DNA of 44,743 nt from Promethearchaeota archaeon (GTDB lineage: Archaea > Asgardarchaeota > Lokiarchaeia > Sigyniarchaeales > SOKP01): assembly GCA_019058295.1 (NCBI GenBank), contig JAHPZI010000004.1, positions 1 to 44,743 of the forward strand, read 5' to 3'. Of the stretch, positions 1 to 8,889 are shown piece after piece. Under the pieces are notes generated by a model. It did no database searches, was not told the origin of the DNA, and saw only the letters and a list, made by a program, of their open reading frames with translations. Position numbers and translations under genes: made by a program. Each line of letters starts with the position of its first letter. Position 1 is the stretch's first letter.

Positions 1-198
1 ATGTAGAAATTAAATTAAAAGAATTTGGTTTAATAGAATAATCTAAAAATGCTATGTAAAAATCTATTTTCTTAATAATTTTAAATATCCTAATACAAAT
101 AAAATTTTGAATTTATGATTAATTAACCTCAAATATTATGCTTGATTAAATCAAAATATAATATCCCTATTTCATTGATATTAAACAGCCAAATTTAA

Positions 199-331
199 GG
201 GGACTTGGCGAAGCTCGGTATTCTCCGTATCATTTCGCGACGAGGATCGAACGCGGCAGGCTCCAGATCCCGTAGGCAAATCGCTGCGAGCAGAAACTTG
301 TTGGTCGTGGGTTCAAATCCCACAGTTCCCA
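199..331 (+). tRNA. trnW: tRNA-Trp(CCA) with two introns: D-arm 22/23 (222-251) and canonical 37/38 (267-295)
   Basis: Acceptor stem GGGGACT/AGTTCCC+A; T-arm GTGGG-TTCAAAT-CCCAC; anticodon arm GCAGG-CT-CCA-G^A-CTTGT. Removing 222-251 gives a perfect D-stem GCGA/TCGC. Both junctions form BHB-like motifs. A T-tract follows; CCA is not encoded. Confidence 0.92.
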
Positions 332-411
332 TTTTTAATTCTCATTAAAGTTTTTAAACCTCATAATAATATAAGAATTAAGAAGATTAAAAATCATAAT
401 TTCATAAGTTT

Positions 412-993
412 ATGATTAAAAGTAATAAGAAAGACTTTAGAATTAGTACTCGTCTCACTAAATTTTTATTATTCCTGTTCATAATTTTTACAATACCTCC
501 CTTAATTTTTTTAATTTTCTCGATAATCTTTTATTTTACTCTCTATACAATAGTTGCATTCTTATTTCCAATTTTTATATGTTTTCTTATGTTATTTGGT
601 ATTGAAATCACTCATACAAAAGTCGATTTCTTAATAAACCATGAAGAAATAAAAGTTTTAATTCAAAATAATCTAGATTTTCGATTTTCATGGGAAGAAA
701 TCAAAGAAATTAAGGTCATAGAAGAACTCTATGAGCGTCGTACTAGATATACTCCCCTAAGAGTTCTAAGTGGATATAAATTAGTAATAGATTCAATGAA
801 AGAGAGTGTATCTATAAGACTCTGGTGTACTCCATTCTCTCCCAAACGAGAGTTAAAAATAATCAATGCTATAGAAAATTTTTCTTCAAAAAAAAACATA
901 AATCTATCTAGAATTAAACCATCAGAGAGAATAATAAGACTTACTGATAGATATAAAATTTGCTCTGAAATTGGATCAATTAAATCATATTAA
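412..993 (+). CDS. Hypothetical membrane protein (two N-terminal TM helices plus a PH-like soluble domain)
   Basis: 193-aa ORF with two long hydrophobic stretches followed by FSWEEIKEIKV, reminiscent of bPH domains. Confidence 0.7.
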   Translation: MIKSNKKDFRISTRLTKFLLFLFIIFTIPPLIFLIFSIIFYFTLYTIVAFLFPIFICFLMLFGIEITHTKVDFLINHEEIKVLIQNNLDFRFSWEEIKEIKVIEELYERRTRYTPLRVLSGYKLVIDSMKESVSIRLWCTPFSPKRELKIINAIENFSSKKNINLSRIKPSERIIRLTDRYKICSEIGSIKSY

Positions 994-1068
994 TTTCCAT
1001 TATTATTTTATTTTAACAAACATAAGGATCTTTAACAAGAAATCACCTTTTTAAAAGTAGGGAAAGTA

Positions 1069-1239
1069 ATGTATAAACTCAAGATTATTTCTTCTGATAA
1101 AAAGACAAAATTAGAAAATGAGGTAAATCGATTTTTAAAGAAGATAAAAGAGAAGTTATTTGATATTAAATTTACTCATACATATGTTCAGCAATTCGAT
1201 ATTCATATGTATAGAAGTTTTGTAATTTACGAGGAATAA
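1069..1239 (+). CDS. Small protein, Cse60/DUF2758-like (56 aa; not in ORF track)
   Basis: Manual translation MYKLKIISSDKKTKLENEVNRFLKKIKEKLFDIKFTHTYVQQFDIHMYRSFVIYEE. The pattern LExxVNxFL...DIKF...VIY resembles the Cse60 family. A purine-rich AGGGAAAG lies upstream. Confidence 0.7.
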   Translation: MYKLKIISSDKKTKLENEVNRFLKKIKEKLFDIKFTHTYVQQFDIHMYRSFVIYEE

Positions 1240-1416
1240 AAGATACAATACAATTATCTTAGTTGCGAGTACGGCAGTGCATATATCTTTATTATGCGCT
1301 CTTTACAATAAAGATATATTTAAATAAAAATCATTTTTAAACAATTTCAGTATAAAAAAAAAATTTATATGAATACCACACTAATATTTATGATATAAAA
1401 TAGGAGTTTTCTTTAA

Positions 1417-1803
1417 ATGTTTCGAATTGAGATAGTAGGAGAGAATTGCTTATACATAAAAACTCTAGGGACATTTCCTAAATCTGTAGCTAAGCGATTC
1501 GTGAAAGAATTTGAAGAAAAAACGAAAGGTTATAAAAAATTATGCGCAATCATAGATAATCTTGATGCTATTTTGTTAGACTTACGATCCTTTAATATCA
1601 TATTAGATTTATTAAAAAAGAACAATGAAAAACTAGGAAAAGCTGCGTATGTTATTTCTACTAGTAATCTTCCTTTAGATAAAGAATTCCAGATCTTATT
1701 AGAAAGAGCAGAATCTCCAGAACGAAAGATAGTGCACAATCTTGATGAGGCTAAGAAATGGGTTGGGATTGAAGATATTATCATCCCCCATCATAATAAA
1801 TAA
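1417..1803 (+). CDS. STAS/SEC14 (SpoIIAA-like) domain protein
   Basis: 128 aa; LYIKTLG...CAIID...KAAYV...HNLDEAKKWV pattern; AGGAG upstream. Confidence 0.7.
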   Translation: MFRIEIVGENCLYIKTLGTFPKSVAKRFVKEFEEKTKGYKKLCAIIDNLDAILLDLRSFNIILDLLKKNNEKLGKAAYVISTSNLPLDKEFQILLERAESPERKIVHNLDEAKKWVGIEDIIIPHHNK

Positions 1804-1829
1804 TCTATTTACCCATTATTACTTCATTT

Positions 1830-2624
1830 TTAAATTAACCTTTTTTTGGTTAACTCAATTGCTTTAGGATTAGTATCAACACCAATCCACCTTCTTTTAA
1901 GCTTTTTTGCGACTGCTAATGTAGTACCCGATCCACAAAAAAAATCTGCAACAATATCTCCCTCATTTGAGGAAGCTAAAATTATGCGTTTAAGTAATTC
2001 TTCCGGCTTTTGAGTAGGATATCCTAAGTATTCTTTTGACTTTGTTCTTGTTTGGTAAGAATATATATCATTCCATACATCTCCCACTAAAGTTCCAGGT
2101 TTTTCGTCTAGATATTGTTTTCCCCCTCTCCTTTTTCTGTAAAGCCGATCATCTTCGTCCTTGTATCGGAACATTTTTTTTATGTACTCTTCCTTATAAG
2201 GTAAATATTGTTTATTAAACGTAAATTCCTCTGATTTGGTATAATAGAGGATCGTATCATGCTGACGTACCCATCCTTTCACCTGACTTTTAAATCCTGA
2301 GACACTACCTACATTCCAAATTATCTCTCTTTTAAAAAAATTTCTTCCAAATATGCTATCACATATCGGTTTTAAATCGAAAAGGGCATTCGCATCACAA
2401 TGGCAATAGAAACTACCATTTTTTTTTAACACACGATGCATTTCTCTTATTCTTACTTGCATAAACTCTAAATAATGGTTTAATGAATTCCATTGATCAG
2501 AAAATTCTTGATAATCCACCCCCGTATAGAATGGAGGATCTATATAAATTAAATCTATTATTTCTGAATCCAATTCTTTTAAAAAATCTAAGTTATCGAC
2601 CAAATGAACCGTATTGAGCTTCAT
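1830..2624 (-). CDS. Site-specific DNA methyltransferase (N6A/N4C, beta class), apparently orphan
   Basis: Catalytic DLIYIDPPF near the N-terminus, YPTQKPEELL, and SAM-binding DFFCGSGTT near the C-terminus (beta-class motif order). Confidence 0.93.
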   Translation of the reverse strand: MKLNTVHLVDNLDFLKELDSEIIDLIYIDPPFYTGVDYQEFSDQWNSLNHYLEFMQVRIREMHRVLKKNGSFYCHCDANALFDLKPICDSIFGRNFFKREIIWNVGSVSGFKSQVKGWVRQHDTILYYTKSEEFTFNKQYLPYKEEYIKKMFRYKDEDDRLYRKRRGGKQYLDEKPGTLVGDVWNDIYSYQTRTKSKEYLGYPTQKPEELLKRIILASSNEGDIVADFFCGSGTTLAVAKKLKRRWIGVDTNPKAIELTKKRLI

Positions 2625-2660
2625 GTGAGAATTAAATAGGATCGAAACTTAATAAATATT

Positions 2661-3053
2661 GTGAATAATATGCGATTAAACGAAAAGTTTCTTGAAGATT
2701 TTAAGGAATATAATTTTTCTCTTATTAAAGAAGAAAAGATCTTCCTAGTTGGGTCAATAACTAAAGCAAAAGATTATTTTATCAAAATCGAATCAATATT
2801 ACAAATTATTTACAAAAAAATCGTATCAATATGCTCTGTAGATGGGCTTTTAAATAAAGAGATGTTCATTCCTAAAGAATGGGAGCATTTGCAACAAATT
2901 GCATTAAGAAAGCTAGCTGACCAAGACGCAATTCTGGTTTTAGATGTGGATGGCTATATAGGTGATCAATCTAAAGAAGAAATTGAGTACTTCGAAAGAG
3001 AATTAAGAAGACCGGTTTATTACTTATCAAAATTGAAAGAAAATAAAGATTAA
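2661..3053 (+). CDS. Nucleoside 2-deoxyribosyltransferase-like (DUF4406-like) protein
   Basis: KIFLVGS strand plus DAILVLDVDGYIGDQSKEEIEY motif. GTG start; an alternative ATG lies at 2670. Confidence 0.6.
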   Translation: MNNMRLNEKFLEDFKEYNFSLIKEEKIFLVGSITKAKDYFIKIESILQIIYKKIVSICSVDGLLNKEMFIPKEWEHLQQIALRKLADQDAILVLDVDGYIGDQSKEEIEYFERELRRPVYYLSKLKENKD

Positions 3054-3055
3054 TC

Positions 3056-3760
3056 ATGAATTTAGAAAAATTGAAGGAAATTCCGAAGCAGCAACACTTA
3101 ATTTTAATCACTATACTAACCTCAATTCCTTTCTTTATACTTACAATCATGTTTATAATTAACGAATTCCGTTTAATCTCATCCACCGGGTATGGAATTC
3201 TAGACTTTGAACTTGCTTGGACCCCAGGGAGGGCTCAGCAAATTTTATTAGCATGGGGTCAGGTAGAAATACAAAATCAAATAATAATGCATTATATTGA
3301 TTATCTTTATATTCTATTTTATGGATTATTTGGAGCAGAGCTAATATTGATTGCATCTCGTAGGATAGACGGAAAAATACAAAAATTAGGATTATATCTT
3401 ACTTTTACAACCATGATAGCTGGTATATTTGATGCGCTTGAAAATATAAATCTAATTTTAATGTTGAATGACATAACTTTTATAAATTCTGGTTGTCCAT
3501 TTTTTGCTTCAAGTTGTGCTGTTATTAAGATTGGTTTCATCATATTAAGCTTATGCTTCTTTTATATTGCAATGTTATGTTCTATCCTTAAAAAACTAAC
3601 AATTAAGAATATATCTGGATTCTTCACATTAGAGATTGTTCCAATTATCATTTGTGGGCTTTTTGCTCTATGGAATCCTTTTTTAGCACTTTATTTTATC
3701 ACAATTTATTTAATTCTTCTATATTTTATAATAAACTTTAATTCTAAGGATAATAATTAA
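3056..3760 (+). CDS. Hypothetical multi-pass membrane protein
   Basis: 234 aa with about 6 hydrophobic segments; ILDFELAWT, DYLYILFY and AGIFDALEN motifs. Confidence 0.75.
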   Translation: MNLEKLKEIPKQQHLILITILTSIPFFILTIMFIINEFRLISSTGYGILDFELAWTPGRAQQILLAWGQVEIQNQIIMHYIDYLYILFYGLFGAELILIASRRIDGKIQKLGLYLTFTTMIAGIFDALENINLILMLNDITFINSGCPFFASSCAVIKIGFIILSLCFFYIAMLCSILKKLTIKNISGFFTLEIVPIIICGLFALWNPFLALYFITIYLILLYFIINFNSKDNN

Positions 3761-3797
3761 AACTATAACAAGCTAAATTCATACAAGGTTTTCTAAA

Positions 3798-4574
3798 ATT
3801 TTATTAAATTACTTTATTGGGACAGCAGGAAGTGGAAAATCCACACTTACAGGTGCATTAAAAGATTACATAATAAATCGAGATCCAGAGATCACTGCCA
3901 TTACTATAAATTTAGATCCAGGTGTTAAGATTTTACCCTATGCTCCGGATATAGATATAAGAGATTTTATTGTCCTCGGCGAGGTAATGGAAGAATACGG
4001 ATTAGGTCCTAATGGTGCGATGATATTGGCCTCAGATTTAATGGTTAATTATTTAGACGACTTAAAGGATGAGATCGACGAGTTTAATTCTGATTGGGTT
4101 TTAGTGGATACTGCTGGTCAGTTGGAACTTTTTGCATTCCGAGAGACGGGACCTTTAATAGCAAGTTCTTTAGGATTTGGTGATATACAAAGGTCTGTAT
4201 GTTTCCTTTTTGATTCGAACTTTGTTCTTAGACCAAACGGTTTTATATCAACATTGCTTTTAGCAGCCTCAGTTCAATTTCGGTTCAGAAAAATTTCTCA
4301 GATTAATATTCTTTCTAAAGTAGATTTATTAGATGAAGATCAGATAGACATGATCGTTAATTGGAGCCAAGATTTTCAAGCTCTAGAAGAATCTACTAGT
4401 GAGAGAGAAAAGGGATTAATCCGGGAGTTATCAATGGATTTATCTGAGGTGTTTATTCAAATGGGATCAACTGCAGAATTAATTCCGTGTACTATTAGAG
4501 AAGAAAATGGGCTTAATCTATTATTTGGAAGTTTGCAAAGAGTTTTTGATTCAGATAAATCAAGGTTTTATTGA
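3798..4574 (+). CDS. GPN-loop GTPase; probable ATT start at 3798
   Basis: In-frame sequence upstream of the track start (3987) encodes YFIGTAGSGKST and NLDPG. Downstream are GLGPNG, DTAGQLE and SKVD. There is no ATG/GTG/TTG between the in-frame stop at 3774-3776 and the P-loop. Confidence 0.92.
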   Translation: MLLNYFIGTAGSGKSTLTGALKDYIINRDPEITAITINLDPGVKILPYAPDIDIRDFIVLGEVMEEYGLGPNGAMILASDLMVNYLDDLKDEIDEFNSDWVLVDTAGQLELFAFRETGPLIASSLGFGDIQRSVCFLFDSNFVLRPNGFISTLLLAASVQFRFRKISQINILSKVDLLDEDQIDMIVNWSQDFQALEESTSEREKGLIRELSMDLSEVFIQMGSTAELIPCTIREENGLNLLFGSLQRVFDSDKSRFY

Positions 4575-4662
4575 AAAAATTAATTTTTCTTAAGATTTAA
4601 GTAAATTAGAGTAATTTTATTATTTAGATTAAGATTGAAAAAAAAACATTACATAATTAATA

Positions 4663-5760
4663 ATGAAAATTATTGGTCCTGTCGCAGGAATAGGCTCTCG
4701 ATTACGCCCATTTACGTTGAGCAAGCCAAAAGCGTTTATTAGAGTAGCAGGAAAAACGGTTCTGGATCATATTCTTACAAAATTTAGCAATACTTTTGAG
4801 CCAGATACAGAATTGATTATTATTGTTGGATATAAAAAAAGACGAATAATTCAATATATAACCAATAATTATAGCGATAAATTTAAGCTTAATTTTATCG
4901 AGCAAATACCTCGAGGTTATGAGGATAATGTACCCTATTATTGGGGATTGGGTGAAGCAATTTATTTAGCTAATAAATGTTTTGAAAATAAAAAACTAAA
5001 TAGTCTTGAGGAGGATAAACGGGAGGGGGCGCTAATATTTTTAGGAGATATGATTCCAATTGATGAATATTCGTATGTAACGATGCGATATTATGAATCT
5101 GATGTGGATGGGATAATTACGGTGATGAAAGTCCCAAAAGAAAATGCCAGTTCTTATGGCGTTGTAGTTACAGATGAAAATAATATAATTACGAAATTAG
5201 TTGAAAAATCACCAACTTTTATCTCAGACTTAGCAATCGCAGGTATCTATGCTTTTTCAAATTCAGCTATTAAATCTCTTTTCAATCATTTAAAGAAATA
5301 TTTGGATCAAAGAACGGAAGAAACAAATGAAATTTATATGACTGAAAGCATGCAGGACTTAGTAGACGATGGATTTAAAATTGCTGCTTTAGAATTAAAA
5401 GGAGGAATGCTTGATTTTGGAAGACCTTCAGAAGTATTAAATGGCAATCGTTTTCTTTTAGAAAATCAATCTATTAAAAAGGAAGATTTTCAGACTTTAA
5501 ATATCTCTGTGGAAAGAAGTTTTATTAAGAATCCCAATTATATTGAGAAAAATACACGAATTATAAATTCTATTATTGGACCATATGTTTCAATAGGAAG
5601 AAATTGTATAATTAAAAATTCAATATTAGAAAACTGCGTTATCGAAAGGAATAATACACTTTCGAACATAATATCTAAAAATTCTATAATTGGAAGTAAT
5701 GTTACGGTTGAGAATATTAGTAAAGACAATTTAATAATTGGAGATAAAAGTGTATATTAA
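4663..5760 (+). CDS. Sugar-phosphate nucleotidyltransferase with C-terminal left-handed beta-helix
   Basis: AGIGSRLRPFTLSKPK, LGD, YGVV and VEK motifs; hexapeptide repeats IGPYVSIGRNCII. Confidence 0.9.
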   Translation: MKIIGPVAGIGSRLRPFTLSKPKAFIRVAGKTVLDHILTKFSNTFEPDTELIIIVGYKKRRIIQYITNNYSDKFKLNFIEQIPRGYEDNVPYYWGLGEAIYLANKCFENKKLNSLEEDKREGALIFLGDMIPIDEYSYVTMRYYESDVDGIITVMKVPKENASSYGVVVTDENNIITKLVEKSPTFISDLAIAGIYAFSNSAIKSLFNHLKKYLDQRTEETNEIYMTESMQDLVDDGFKIAALELKGGMLDFGRPSEVLNGNRFLLENQSIKKEDFQTLNISVERSFIKNPNYIEKNTRIINSIIGPYVSIGRNCIIKNSILENCVIERNNTLSNIISKNSIIGSNVTVENISKDNLIIGDKSVY

Positions 5761-5925
5761 ATATTTTAATTATTTTCTTTGATCAGAATTATTAAAAAAT
5801 TGAAAAAAAGCATTTCATACTATTATTATTAATTGAGTAAAGTATTAATTTTAACAAAATAAAATTATTAGTTAATGAATAAAGTTTTTTTTAACTAGAA
5901 TATAAAATTATTACAGAGATTTTTC

Positions 5926-7362
5926 ATGCCTTTCAACATCGCCTTTGAGCTTGGGCATAAGCCTCGAGGTAAAATTGATGAAAACTATACCGAACTCCGA
6001 GATCATTTAAACGCTAACGATTTCGTATGCTATAATTACTTAGAAATTCCTATAACGCAGGAATCATTAAAGGCCTATGATATCTTAGTTTTTGTTTGTC
6101 CTGATTATGCAAAACTCTCAAATCAAGAAATAATTGAGATTGTAAATTGGGTAAAAGAAGATGGTGGAGGTTTATTATTACTCTCACATGCAGGAGGAGA
6201 TAGAGGCAGAAATAGTAATTTATCAGAATTAAGCGAATATTTTGGTATGTCTTTTGAAAATGATCAAGTTCTTGACGAAATCAATAACATTGGAATAGAA
6301 AATCTGCCTATAATAACTGCTAATAATTTTATTCCTCCACATCCTATTACAAACGGCATTAATGAAATATGTTATCGTGCGGGATGTTCTCTTATAGTTC
6401 ATGGGGGAGCCTTTTCTATAGTTTCTTCAAATGAGACCTCTGAACCCTTTTCTAGTCCGTTAGTATGTGTTTACGAACCAGAAAACGGTAGAGTTTGTGC
6501 AATGGGAAGTTATGAGATGTTTAGAGATAATACTGGAGGCGGGTTTCAAAATGATGAGCATGCAGAATTAGGATTAAATATATTTAATTGGCTTATAAGC
6601 GAATATAGGATGGAATTAACACAACATGGCACAGTTCAAGTTGCAGAGACTGCTCCAGTTGAGTCAGATTCTGATTCAACAGAACAATATACCTCACCAT
6701 ATAGTTCTGATGTTGATACGCAAAGTATTGACCATATTGAACGTATTGATTCATCTATAACATTTTCGTCAAGAGAAGAATTAACAGGTCTCTTAGAGAG
6801 ATATTTACACCAAATTAACACTATTAAAGATAATATTGAATCTCTCATTAAACATATAAATACGTTTGGTGATGCAATTTTTGAACAAGTGCCTGAAGAA
6901 AGTGAAGCGACAGAAATTAATCAGGACATTAGTGATGAGGATGTTACTCCTTTGTCTGCTTTACCACCTAAACCTCAGGATTTTGGGAAAAAAGGTGAGA
7001 AAGAAACAGCGGATTCCACCGAAGTTTTTATTGGACTTGAACCTGTTGAAACTTTGGAACGAGATACTGTTGAAAAAGTTTCAGATAATGCTCTAGCTGA
7101 AATTGCAAAATCAAAAGAATCTAAATCCAAATCTGAAGCTAAAAAACCACCTAAAGATGAAAAAGAAAAATTACAAGCAGAGCTGGAAAGTTTAGAATCA
7201 AAATTAAATTCTGTTCATAATTTAATAAATTTTATCGAGAAGAAGCATGAATCTGGAAAATTAGATGATAAATCTTACGAAAAACAAACGCGCAAATTAC
7301 AAAAGGATTTAGGAGACTCTGAAAAACGTATCGCAGAAATTAAAGATATTTTAGAAGGTTAA
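5926..7362 (+). CDS. GIFT (GldG/IFT52-like) domain protein with acidic linkers and C-terminal coiled coil
   Basis: PITQESLKAYDILVFVCP...EIVNWVKEDGGGLLLLSHAGGD...NLSELSEYFGMSFENDQV and HPITNGI; no signal peptide; heptad-rich C-terminus. Confidence 0.75.
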   Translation: MPFNIAFELGHKPRGKIDENYTELRDHLNANDFVCYNYLEIPITQESLKAYDILVFVCPDYAKLSNQEIIEIVNWVKEDGGGLLLLSHAGGDRGRNSNLSELSEYFGMSFENDQVLDEINNIGIENLPIITANNFIPPHPITNGINEICYRAGCSLIVHGGAFSIVSSNETSEPFSSPLVCVYEPENGRVCAMGSYEMFRDNTGGGFQNDEHAELGLNIFNWLISEYRMELTQHGTVQVAETAPVESDSDSTEQYTSPYSSDVDTQSIDHIERIDSSITFSSREELTGLLERYLHQINTIKDNIESLIKHINTFGDAIFEQVPEESEATEINQDISDEDVTPLSALPPKPQDFGKKGEKETADSTEVFIGLEPVETLERDTVEKVSDNALAEIAKSKESKSKSEAKKPPKDEKEKLQAELESLESKLNSVHNLINFIEKKHESGKLDDKSYEKQTRKLQKDLGDSEKRIAEIKDILEG

Positions 7363-7389
7363 TAAAAGAACTTTTTTTAAAAAGAAGGC

Positions 7390-8730
7390 TCAGCTATTTT
7401 TAGTTTTTCCAAATTTCGGTTTAAATTCGTCAGGAACATAAGGTTGAGCGTATTTATTAACAATCTCAAAAAAGTCTTTGTCCGAAACGCCTCTTGTAAT
7501 CTTTTTTAATTCTTCTTTAATTATATGAAAAGATTTTCTTAAATCTTCTTTTGAGGTCGATTCATGTTTAACTTTTACTTCTGTTACAATCTTCCTTATA
7601 ATATCTTCAGGAATATCTAAATCTAAAACTTCTATTTTGCTCCGTAATGCGGCCATAATCGATTTTGAACCGCTAAATTTCCCAAGATAGAATTTTCTTC
7701 TTCTCCCAACTATTTTAGGGTTTATGGGTTCGTAAGTTAGTGGATGAGCTAAAATTGCAGCTATATGTAGCCCACTTTCATGGCTAAAAGCGTAATCTCC
7801 AACAATTGGTTTGTACTGCGATAGAGGTTTGCAAAAATACTTTTCACAAACCTCACTTAATTCGGGTAAAAGATTGAGCTTTATACCTGTATTAATTCCT
7901 AATCTATGTAAATTCATTACTACCTCATCAAGGGCAGCGTTTCCTGCTCGCTCTCCGTAGCCATTGATGCATGTATGTGGATATTTACAACCTTGAATAA
8001 CACCTGTTATTGTATTTGCCACAGCCATACCAAAATCGTTATGAGTATGGATACCCATGTAAATTTTCTCTTTTGAAGGTTCTATAACCTCTTCTCTAAT
8101 TCGAGTCATTAGATATCTAGTAGAGCAAGGTGTTAAAACGCCAACGGTATCTCCAAGAACTATTCGTTCGGCACCAGCATCAATGGCAGTCTTAAAGACG
8201 TTTTTTAAATGCTCGAAATCGCATCTTGTGCCATCTTCTGATACCCAATTGACCTTTAATGCATTCTCTTTTGCGTAAAGGATCGCAGTTCTAATCTTTT
8301 CTAATTGATCTTGTTCGGTTTGTTTTAATGTTTTCCTAAAAATTGGAGAGATTGGCATAAATACAACGATTTCTTCAAGATCTGCATCAATACACGCATC
8401 AATATCGTCTTTTCTAGGTCTTGCGATGCCTAATATAGTAGATCTTCTTAAATTTTCGTTAACAATTGTCTTTACGATATTTTTTTCAGATTCCGAAACG
8501 GCTGGAAACCCTACGGCTATTAATTTAACACCAATGTCATCCATGAGTTTTGCTAAATGAATTTTCTCGTCAAGTGTAAGATATACGGTTGGACTTTGTT
8601 CTCCATCTCTGAGAGTCTCATCCCATATATAAACATGTTTAGGTTGCTTAAATTTGAAATCTTGGCAAGCAATATTATTATAATCAATAAGGAGCTTTTC
8701 CAATTCTTCTGTAGTGAATTTATAAGACAT
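7390..8730 (-). CDS. LeuA/homocitrate/citramalate synthase family enzyme (DRE-TIM, no evident regulatory domain)
   Basis: DETLRDGEQ, DTVG, HTHNDFGMA, NGYGERAGNA and AFSHESGLH motifs. Confidence 0.9.
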   Translation of the reverse strand: MSYKFTTEELEKLLIDYNNIACQDFKFKQPKHVYIWDETLRDGEQSPTVYLTLDEKIHLAKLMDDIGVKLIAVGFPAVSESEKNIVKTIVNENLRRSTILGIARPRKDDIDACIDADLEEIVVFMPISPIFRKTLKQTEQDQLEKIRTAILYAKENALKVNWVSEDGTRCDFEHLKNVFKTAIDAGAERIVLGDTVGVLTPCSTRYLMTRIREEVIEPSKEKIYMGIHTHNDFGMAVANTITGVIQGCKYPHTCINGYGERAGNAALDEVVMNLHRLGINTGIKLNLLPELSEVCEKYFCKPLSQYKPIVGDYAFSHESGLHIAAILAHPLTYEPINPKIVGRRRKFYLGKFSGSKSIMAALRSKIEVLDLDIPEDIIRKIVTEVKVKHESTSKEDLRKSFHIIKEELKKITRGVSDKDFFEIVNKYAQPYVPDEFKPKFGKTKNS

Positions 8731-8889
8731 TAGTAATTCTCCATGAAAATATTTAATATAGAAAATTAAAGAAGTTAAATAAATTTCATTTTACAGAAGT
8801 AAAACAAAAAAAGGTAAATTGATTAATATTAATTAGGACTTTTTTTATAGAGAAGATTCTAATAAATCTTGGTAATTAGTTTTATTTTC

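Noticed and set aside
332-3760. Integrated element at tRNA-Trp (methyltransferase and small hypothetical genes downstream)
   Set aside because: No integrase, and no second copy of the tRNA 3' end seen in the window.
3987-4574. GPN GTPase as an N-terminally truncated pseudogene
   Set aside because: The missing motifs are intact and in frame upstream with no stop or frameshift, so an alternative start codon is the simpler explanation.
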